From the NCBI GenBank assembly GCA_030614005.1, contig JAUWKS010000029.1:17317-41316 (forward strand): 24,000 bases of DNA, written 5' to 3'. Below are positions 1-6,816 of this stretch, piece by piece. Below the pieces are notes generated by a model. It saw nothing but the letters and a program-made list of their open reading frames with translations, was not told the origin of the DNA and ran no database searches. Within the stretch, counting starts at the first letter, position 1. Each line of letters opens with the position of its first letter. This stretch comes from Candidatus Heimdallarchaeota archaeon (GTDB lineage Archaea > Asgardarchaeota > Heimdallarchaeia > JABLTI01). The position numbers and the translations under genes are program-made.

Positions 1-16
1 GTTAAGAACTAACTGT

Positions 17-56
17 AGGCCTGTAGTTCAGCCTGGATAGAATAACGGATTTTAAT
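17..56 (+). pseudogene. Orphan 5' half of a tRNA gene (acceptor 5' strand, D-arm, 5' strand of anticodon stem); no matching 3' half nearby
   Basis: Reads AGGCCTG-TA-GTTC-AGCCTGGATA-GAAT-A-ACGGA-TTTTAAT. The acceptor strand is identical to tRNA-Arg at 1801-1878 and the D-arm folds (GTTC/GAAT). The required TCCGT strand, T-arm and 3' acceptor strand are absent from the following several hundred nt. Confidence 0.6.
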
Positions 57-373
57 CAAATGGTTCAAGAATAGAAATCTCTTTAATTTCATAATTTATT
101 CAACAAAACCTTACAATAAAATTATTGTAATTGTTTTGATGATATAAATAACTGTTATTTTGAAAAGAGATTTTAAACTAACATTTAAAGGAAAAAATAG
201 AAAATGATTTTTGAAATTTTTATAATAAATTCGTAAATTTAAATACAATATATAAAATTAAATAATCAAATATCTTTAAATATGAAAAACAATATTCTTT
301 TATACCTTTAATAAAAGATATAAGGATGAAATGTATAAAAATTATACGAAAGGATAGGTAGGTTGATTGTTTC

Positions 374-952
374 TTGTCTGACACTAAAACAAAAATAGTG
401 AATAGATTAAATAAAAAAATTGATCAAATTCTAAAATTAAATGAAACTGAACTTTCAGAATACATTGATTTAATTATTAAACTTTTAAGTGATAATCATA
501 TTATAATCAGTTTCCGCAAAAGAGATAGACTAATGATTAGTAGAAAAGGATTAAAGAAAGTAATTAAAAAACCTGATGCTGATTTTGATGAGATTTCTGA
601 AATTATTTCTATTATAATATTAATAATACAAATACCTGATGATGATGAATTAATTTCCAAATATACAAAAAATAAGAAAATGATTTTCATTAGAAAAAAA
701 ATCAAAGAATCTGGATTATTTAGTTTGGTTTTATCAAGAATGAGTATAACAAATGCTTTCTGCGATATACAATATGAATTGATTACAAGACATTTCAGAG
801 AAAATGGATTGAATGATGATATAAAATTTTGTCAAATTGTAATTGAGTATAATGAATTGAATGACTACAAGAAAACCTTAATAGAACTTGATAAAAAGCA
901 AATTCAATATTTAATTATAAAGCTTCAAAGTGCATTAAAAGAGCTAGCTTAA
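374..952 (+). CDS. Hypothetical protein (192 aa), first gene of a three-gene cassette
   Basis: Long ORF with a TTG start 12 nt after GGTAGG. Lys/Ile-rich with no motif I recognise. Followed 15 nt later by the next ORF, which has its own AGGAAGG ribosome-binding site. Confidence 0.5.
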   Translation: MSDTKTKIVNRLNKKIDQILKLNETELSEYIDLIIKLLSDNHIIISFRKRDRLMISRKGLKKVIKKPDADFDEISEIISIIILIIQIPDDDELISKYTKNKKMIFIRKKIKESGLFSLVLSRMSITNAFCDIQYELITRHFRENGLNDDIKFCQIVIEYNELNDYKKTLIELDKKQIQYLIIKLQSALKELA

Positions 953-967
953 AAGGAAGGTAATTCA

Positions 968-1513
968 ATGGATCAAAACAATATTCTTATCTATGATGAA
1001 AAAAAAGAAGCAAATTGTGAACCCGATATTGATGAGGATATAATTGTTTATGATTTGGAGCAATATAGACAAAATAGAGAAGCAACTCACATCTTTTTGT
1101 CTGCATTTAAAGTGATGAAAAAGGATTTTGATATTTATCCATTATACTCGAGTAATATACCATTTATAAGTAAATCCAAACAAGAATTAGAATTAACTCA
1201 CTCAATAAATGATACATTAGCAAATATTGAAGAGAAAATCACAATGATAAATAGAAATTTCGATGAAAAAATGAACGAAATAATAAATCGATTAGAATAT
1301 TTTGAAGATCTTTTGTGCAATAATAATGATGAAGAAGAGATTATAGTAATCAAAGATTATACTTACGATAAAGCCAGAAAAATTATTGAAGATCATTTAA
1401 AAAGTGTAAAAAGAAAAGTACCATTAGAAGAATTTATTTTAAACTTTGGCATTGACTTAACACTTGCAAATCAGATAATTACAGATTTATTAAAGGAAAA
1501 AAAAGTGAAATAG
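968..1513 (+). CDS. Hypothetical protein (181 aa) with a possible C-terminal helix-turn-helix
   Basis: ATG preceded by AGGAAGG. Central coiled-coil-like stretch. The C-terminus VPLEEFILNFGIDLTLANQIITDLLKEKK looks like an HTH or winged helix (weak call). Confidence 0.5.
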   Translation: MDQNNILIYDEKKEANCEPDIDEDIIVYDLEQYRQNREATHIFLSAFKVMKKDFDIYPLYSSNIPFISKSKQELELTHSINDTLANIEEKITMINRNFDEKMNEIINRLEYFEDLLCNNNDEEEIIVIKDYTYDKARKIIEDHLKSVKRKVPLEEFILNFGIDLTLANQIITDLLKEKKVK

Positions 1514-1517
1514 GAAA

Positions 1518-1703
1518 ATGACTACATATTATATAGCAAATGATGCAATTGAAGGGAAACAGATTTATTGCTATGCAAGAAAATACGACATTAGTGATAA
1601 AAAAGTTAGATGTAAAAGTAAACATCACTGTTACCTAATAAAATTAAGAAAATATGCGAAATGCATCATTGTTAAACCTGCTGTTGAATGGATCGAAGAT
1701 TAA
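1518..1703 (+). CDS. Small hypothetical protein (61 aa), Cys/His-containing
   Basis: ATG lies 4 nt after the previous stop (coupled). Contains C18, C32, H36, H37, C38 and C49, so possibly metal-binding. No recognisable family. Confidence 0.4.
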   Translation: MTTYYIANDAIEGKQIYCYARKYDISDKKVRCKSKHHCYLIKLRKYAKCIIVKPAVEWIED

Positions 1704-1800
1704 TAGTAAAAAATGATGGATTCCAAATTATAATAAAAATAATTTTTGAGTAGCAATATACAATTAGATTTTATTTATACTTGTTTTATTAAAATAAAAT

Positions 1801-1878
1801 TGGCAGGCCTGGACGGATTTGAACCGCCGACCTCTTGGTCCGAAGCCAAGCACGCTATCCAGGCTGCGCCACAGGCCT
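1801..1878 (-). tRNA. tRNA-Arg, anticodon UCG, CCA encoded, no intron
   Basis: The reverse complement reads AGGCCTG TG GCGC AGCCTGGATA GCGT G CTTGG CTTCGGA CCAAG AGGTC GGCGG TTCAAAT CCGTC CAGGCCT G CCA. This is a full cloverleaf with all stems paired. Confidence 0.92.
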
Positions 1879-3212
1879 AACAATAATTTTTATTCAATCG
1901 GTTCGGTTTTTTAACTTTATGTTAATTACCGAAGCCGAGCATTCTATGGTTTCAATTGTTAATTAACAATCTTCTTGCTTCCTTGAGCTTCTTCTGAAGT
2001 CTCTCCACAAGCACTTCCCGCCAACCCAGCGGTGTTGTCAATTGATGACTGGAACTTCTTTAATCCTCTCTTAAGGATTATTCTTGCTGAATTTTCATCT
2101 CTATCTATGATTAATCCACAATTAGGGCAGCTATGAATTCTCATTGCCAAACTCTTTTCTACTATCGCTTCGCAGTCACTGCAGAGTTGAGTAGTATTAT
2201 ATGGATTTACTAAAATCATTACTTTTCCGCTTTCTACTGTTTTATACGAAAGGAAATTGCGAAATATTCCCCAAGAGACACTACCAATGCTTTTTGCTAA
2301 ATAGCGATTCTGCATCATATTTTCTATTTTTAAATCCTCAAGAGAAATTAAATCATAGGTATTCACTAATTTTGTTGCTTCTTTTTGGATGTAGTCTTTT
2401 CGTTGATTGCGAATCTTTTGGTGTATATTTGCTATCTTTAAACATTGTTTTCTCCAATTATTTGACCCTTTAACCATTCGCGATAATCTTCTTTGTTCTT
2501 TTGCTAAATTTTTCTCAAAAGAGTATATCCATTTTGGATTTTCGATAACATCACCATTGCTTAACGTTCCATATTTTGTTAATCCAACATCAATACCTAT
2601 TGCTTTATTTATGTCAATATTAGAATTAGGAATTTCTGAAGATATTTGAAAAACAATGAAAGCATACCATTGGTTAACATCTCGTTTTACTGTGAAGTTT
2701 TTATGATTGCTTTCTCAGGAATTGCTCTATCTATGACTACCTTAACTAAACCGATTTTTCCCAACTTTAATTTCTTATCAATTATTTTAAATCGATAACC
2801 ATTAGCATATTCGGTATATGTAAAGGATTTGTAATCTTTTCTTTTCTTAGATTTTGGTTTGCCCCATTTTGAATTTCCTTTTGCTCGTTCTTCAATAAAA
2901 CGTCCAAAGGCATAATCTACTCTTTTAGCGACATTCTGAAGTATATGAGCATTAGGGTCTTTGTAAGAAATGGTTCTCCTTCTTCATCTCTGGAAGTTGT
3001 TTTATCTGGTCAAAACAGCTAATGTATTTTCGTTCTTCCTTTGGAAAATCTTTGATTTTTTCATAATGATCGTGTCTTTGTTTTATGAAATCATTGTATA
3101 GTCGTCTGCAAGTTTCCACCCATTCTTTGAAAGTTTCCTCTTGTTTTTTAGTTGGATAAAGACGATATTTGAATGTTTTAGAAAATATTTTTTGACCAGA
3201 CATTTCAACCAC
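1879..3212 (-). mobile_element. IS200/IS605-family (lone-tnpB, IS1341-like) element remnant; ends not defined
   Basis: Contains tnpB only, with no Y1 tnpA. A bulged hairpin, TCGGTTCGG(1898-1906)/CCGAAGCCGA(1929-1938), lies between the tnpB stop and the tRNA-Arg 5' end and may be a right-end or omega-RNA structure. The left end may lie beyond 3212 (see the element at 3448-3536). Confidence 0.55.
1959..3212 (-). pseudogene. tnpB: tnpB (RuvC-like RNA-guided nuclease, OrfB) disrupted by two frameshifts
   Basis: The N-terminus is SKTFKYRLYPTKKQEETF. The middle segment HILQNVAKRVDYAFGRFIEERAKG...GLVKVVIDRAIPEK is in a different frame. The C-terminal part carries GIDVGL (RuvC I), SLEDLKIENM (RuvC II), a CSDC...CPNC zinc ribbon and DRDENSARIIL (RuvC III). 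Frame changes fall within 2955-2983 and 2690-2714. Confidence 0.88.
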
Positions 3213-3277
3213 ATTGTTACCGTATGGTTATATTATGGAATACGATATATTTAAGTATTATGGTAACCAAATGGTTA

Positions 3278-3445
3278 ATGAGGACAAAAGAAATGCCATT
3301 AGAATTTCGAAGAAAAGTAATTGACAATAACAAAAGTTTGATGGTAAATATTCCATATGAGATTGCTCAGCAATTAGAAATAAATAAAGGGGATACGATA
3401 ATTATTACTTATGAAGATGGATTTTTCAAATGTAGAAAGGGATAA
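3278..3445 (+). CDS. AbrB/SpoVT (MazE-like) swapped-hairpin DNA-binding domain protein
   Basis: SLMVNIPYEIAQQLEINKGDTIIITYEDG matches the SpoVT-AbrB pattern (xIPkeiaxxLgixxGdxvxi). The ORF is open from 3224, with ATG candidates at 3278 and 3293. No partner toxin gene is adjacent. Confidence 0.65.
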   Translation: MRTKEMPLEFRRKVIDNNKSLMVNIPYEIAQQLEINKGDTIIITYEDGFFKCRKG

Positions 3446-3447
3446 TT

Positions 3448-3536
3448 TCTCAATAGAAATTCACGTGGAGCGTTGTGAATCACTGTAAGTGTTGAACAGC
3501 GACGGCGTGAGTCTGCTCCGAGCAAGAGTATTGAGA
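3448..3536. other. GC-rich, multi-hairpin structured element (possible ncRNA or IS end)
   Basis: An outer 8-bp stem TCTCAATA(3448-3455)/TATTGAGA(3529-3536) encloses three hairpins: ATTCAC(3459-3464)/GTGAAT(3475-3480); CAC/GTG (3481-3491); and AGCGAC/GTCTGCT (about 3498-3517, one bulge). I count about 55% G+C over 3462-3528, in AT-rich flanks. Confidence 0.35.
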
Positions 3537-3684
3537 TTTTTAATATTGATTTACAACCATTACTTGTTAAATTGGATTATTCTAACTGTTACATCAATAA
3601 TACAAGTATTTGACAAAGAAAAAAGTTAAATCAATTGATTATTTAACAAATAATCCTTAAAGAGAGTTAGCTGAAACTGATCCC

Positions 3685-5256
3685 TTATTTTTTAGATTCA
3701 ATTGTTAATAATGCGCTTTTTGAAATGTTTAATCGCTGTTTGATACTATCTAACTTTAACTCGAAATCATCCTCAGTATAATTAGTATTAGTAAAAACTT
3801 CAAACTTTGAAATCACATTTTTATCTGAGTCATATACTATAATTGTACTTTTTTCTGTTTGTAAACCATTCATATCAGGTATTTTTGATAATAGATTAAT
3901 CCTTAATTCGTGAGATTTTTCTATATCAATAAATGATTCATCTATTAATGTGTGAATTGTTTCCTTTTTCATGTTAAGATAGATAGCTATTAAAATTGAT
4001 TTTCTTAAATAATCCAATAGAGTAATAGAGAATTCTTTAATGCTCCCAAATTTCTCATTAATTCTTTTATGATTTTTCGCACCAATCGTACCCCCATGAA
4101 CGTATTTGCTTCTAATTTCATAAGCCTCCTTTATTAAACTAACAATTTTAGCCGGTTTATCTATAGATAAAATTCCAAGCAATTTTGCAATTCTTGATCG
4201 AAGCTTAAAGCTTAGCTCCCCAGGATCTGTACCTCTAAGATAAATCGCTTCTAATCCCATGATTGCATTAGCAATTCTTTCCTCATCAGTTTTACCATGA
4301 AAAATAGAATCCTTATATCGTAAAAAAGCAATTGAAAGGTAATCAACTTTCTTCTCTTCATTAATGTAGAAATTCTTTGGGAGTAAATTACTAAGTCTTT
4401 TCAAGAAACCAATTAATTCTTTAACATTATCTGGTGTTATGATTACTTTCTTTAAAGTAGGAAAAATAAATTGTCTGTTTCCCACTCTTACTGGAAAAAT
4501 TGGGTTCATAGTAGAAATAATGGAATCTGAGCTTAATTCATATCGAATGTATCTAACACTTCCAACTTGATATAGTATTATAATTGAAAGTACTTGTTCA
4601 ATCAGAATCTGAATTGCTCTTGGATTTCTAACTTCGCAAGTAAGGTTTAAGATTGCATCAGGGGGATAAAATAAATCTCTTTGAATAGCAAATGAATACT
4701 CGATTTTCTCAAAGTCTTCCTTTGAAGTTTGTTTAATCTCTAATATAGTTGAATTTACTTGAAATTCAAATGTAGGAGTTAAAACAACTAAATCTTTTAG
4801 TTCAATCTTTGCATATGAGCTTATGAGTTCATCATTGAGTTGCTTAAAGAATATATCTAATTTTCTTTTGATTATGCTATTATCAATTTTTTCTTCTTGA
4901 ATTGAAACTTTTATAATTGCATCTATAAAATCACTTTGCAATTTTATCTCATTTTCATTTGGATAATTTTCTTTTAACAATGACAATATTTTTTGATAAA
5001 GAGAAAATTCTAATATATCTTCTTTGAACTTCATTACTCTCTTATTACCATCAATATATTCAACTGGTTTGCTAGTCGTAGCAGGTCTTGCGCCTTCAAT
5101 ATCATATTCAAATTTCGTTACTTCTGTTTTGACAAATGAATTGTATATAATTGGTTTGAATTTAGTCTTTTCAATATTTTTCCGGACATAATCATAAATC
5201 TCTATTGAGTATTCCAATAAAGCATCTCTAAGGTTTCTAAATTTTTGATTGTTCAT
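3685..5256 (-). CDS. HEPN-domain protein (Apea-like HEPN at the C-terminal half, uncharacterised N-terminal domain); putative RNase
   Basis: 523 aa. Residues ~305-430 read LRYKDSIFHG...AIMGLEAIYLRG...LRSRIAKLLG...AYEIRSKYVHGG. They carry the HEPN Rx4H motif (R382 at 4111-4113, H387 at 4096-4098) in the usual helical context. Confidence 0.6.
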   Translation of the reverse strand: MNNQKFRNLRDALLEYSIEIYDYVRKNIEKTKFKPIIYNSFVKTEVTKFEYDIEGARPATTSKPVEYIDGNKRVMKFKEDILEFSLYQKILSLLKENYPNENEIKLQSDFIDAIIKVSIQEEKIDNSIIKRKLDIFFKQLNDELISSYAKIELKDLVVLTPTFEFQVNSTILEIKQTSKEDFEKIEYSFAIQRDLFYPPDAILNLTCEVRNPRAIQILIEQVLSIIILYQVGSVRYIRYELSSDSIISTMNPIFPVRVGNRQFIFPTLKKVIITPDNVKELIGFLKRLSNLLPKNFYINEEKKVDYLSIAFLRYKDSIFHGKTDEERIANAIMGLEAIYLRGTDPGELSFKLRSRIAKLLGILSIDKPAKIVSLIKEAYEIRSKYVHGGTIGAKNHKRINEKFGSIKEFSITLLDYLRKSILIAIYLNMKKETIHTLIDESFIDIEKSHELRINLLSKIPDMNGLQTEKSTIIVYDSDKNVISKFEVFTNTNYTEDDFELKLDSIKQRLNISKSALLTIESKK

Positions 5257-5286
5257 TTGATATACCTCATTGAATTTGAGAGTTAC

Positions 5287-6288
5287 TCAAATTTTCCCTT
5301 TTGATTGAAGAAAACTAATAACAATAACAACAATCGAAATGATCAAAAATGATACAAAAAGTCCTGTATTCACACCATTAAACCAACCTGCAGTATTAGC
5401 AACCTTTTCAATAATAAAATCAATGATTACGTATCCTAACTGGACAAGGATTAAAAGCCACCAATTCTTACTTCCTTTGAAAGTAACAATTGCTGTGGCA
5501 AGTTGCTGTAGTTGGGGAGCGCTCAATCGCGGAGTTTCTCTTGAGTCAGTAACAAGTTGTGTTAATGATTCATTTAAATGATTAACTTTTTCTTCTACAC
5601 TACAGATAATCTGTTCTTGATTGATTGTTCGAGCTAATAGCTCTTGCTGAATATCATCATCTTCTAATTGCTCTATAATCTCTCGAACTTTGGTAACTTC
5701 TTCTTTAACAATGCCTACTTCTTGCTTAATTATTTGGAGGTGAGAAATTTGATTCATAACTTCTTCAGTTTCCATGTTATTAATGAAATCTTCAAACAAA
5801 GAAATTTGTGCTGAATCTAATTCGCCAGCATCTATCATTTTCCCTATTATGATTTCTCCTTCGCTACCTCTTCCTTCTAACTTAATAAGAGCTTTAGCGA
5901 AACCAAATTTAGCATCACTTGATGTTAGTGAATTCAAATCAGATTTTATTAAGCTAATAGCATTTGTAGCTTTCATTTCACCAAGTGCTAAAACAGATAA
6001 TATACGAACTGATTCCTCAGAATCTTGAGGCATACATTTTATAAGTTCAGGTTCTATTAAATGGATTTTAGTGGGAAATCTACGTCCAATTAATCCAAGT
6101 GCTTCAGCTGCAAGGGAGCGTATTTCCGGATCTTTATAATTTAAGACGGAAACTAATTTTGGAATCTGTTCTGTTGCATCTTGTTCTCTTGATGGTGCCA
6201 TATCTGCAGAATAAAAAGCTGATAGATCAATCGTTTGAAAAATAGAGATGAATTTCCTAATGTTACTTTTACTAATGCGTTGACTCAT
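5287..6288 (-). CDS. HEAT-repeat / coiled-coil protein with two C-terminal transmembrane helices
   Basis: PBS-lyase-type HEAT repeats (IPKLVSVLNYKDPEIRSLAAEALGLIG and EESVRILSVLALGEMKATNAISLI). A long acidic coiled coil. C-terminal WWLLILVQLGYVIIDFII and GLFVSFLIISIVVIVISFL. The ATG at 6288 follows GGAG; the ORF is open to a TTG at 6324. It ends 30 nt upstream of the HEPN gene on the same strand. Confidence 0.6.
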   Translation of the reverse strand: MSQRISKSNIRKFISIFQTIDLSAFYSADMAPSREQDATEQIPKLVSVLNYKDPEIRSLAAEALGLIGRRFPTKIHLIEPELIKCMPQDSEESVRILSVLALGEMKATNAISLIKSDLNSLTSSDAKFGFAKALIKLEGRGSEGEIIIGKMIDAGELDSAQISLFEDFINNMETEEVMNQISHLQIIKQEVGIVKEEVTKVREIIEQLEDDDIQQELLARTINQEQIICSVEEKVNHLNESLTQLVTDSRETPRLSAPQLQQLATAIVTFKGSKNWWLLILVQLGYVIIDFIIEKVANTAGWFNGVNTGLFVSFLIISIVVIVISFLQSKGKI

Positions 6289-6816
6289 ATCCTTTTCTTC
6301 TCCAATAAATAACTCAAAAACCAATACTCATAGAAATACAAAAGGGTTTCCAACGAAGCATACTTTATTGCATTAAAATCAGAACATAAAGGAATATAGA
6401 ATTATAATAATTTAAACACTACGTAAGTGAGTAATAGAGAAATCAAAAGGGATGCAAAATAAGAAAAAATGCCCTAAAAATACTCAAAAGAAGAGAAATC
6501 GACTTGGTAAAAACAATTTTAAAAATAAACATTTTCAAATAATATTATTGTAGATAAAGAAAGAATTCATCAAATTTCTTGGTTGTATTTATTTAAGAGT
6601 AAATCTTTTAGACCAAAATTTAATCATCTCTAACTTAACTCTTCTAGAAAATAATAAACAACTTTTTACCTAATTTTATTATTTGCCAATCTTTCATTCA
6701 ATTAGTATATGAGATTTGAAAAAATAGGTTTAAATAATAAAAGACTGAATTATATCTTTAGAAGAGGAATTAAAATAAAAATGGCTTTTAAAAATTAGAA
6801 AAAGATATTATTAATT

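Noticed and set aside
45-56. Reading the loop TTTTAAT of the orphan half as anticodon UUA (an ochre suppressor tRNA)
   Set aside because: The gene has no 3' half. TAA is the commonest stop codon in the window. The loop more likely marks the junction with unrelated AT-rich DNA.
111-1896. Similarity between the palindrome region ATAAAATTATTGT (116-128) and the reverse complement of the tRNA-Arg 5' flank (AATAAAAATTATTGTT, 1879-1896), as possible att or terminal repeats
   Set aside because: It is only ~13 nt with an indel, in DNA that is almost pure A/T. Chance matches of this size are expected in 24 kb.
2201-2649. Plus-strand ORFs 2201-2473 and 2407-2649
   Set aside because: They are antisense shadows of the tnpB pseudogene, which has clear RuvC and zinc-ribbon motifs on the minus strand.
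3462-3536. The GC-rich element as a fragment of a second tnpB 3' end or omega-RNA (shared words GTGGAG, GCTC, AGCAAGA, ATTG with 1960-2010 reverse-complemented)
   Set aside because: The shared words are short and not collinear enough. No frame translates to a TnpB-like C-terminus. It is kept only as an unexplained structured element.
6452-6553. 33-aa highly basic ORF (MQNKKKCPKNTQKKRNRLGKNNFKNKHFQIILL) in the long spacer
   Set aside because: A-rich DNA translates to Lys/Asn runs by default. There is no conservation evidence and only a weak ribosome-binding site.
6796-6798. TAG as a recoded (pyrrolysine-type) codon
   Set aside because: TAG terminates rpl3, rpl4 and other ORFs at sensible positions. 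No Pyl machinery is visible, and a single case is better explained by a nonsense mutation.
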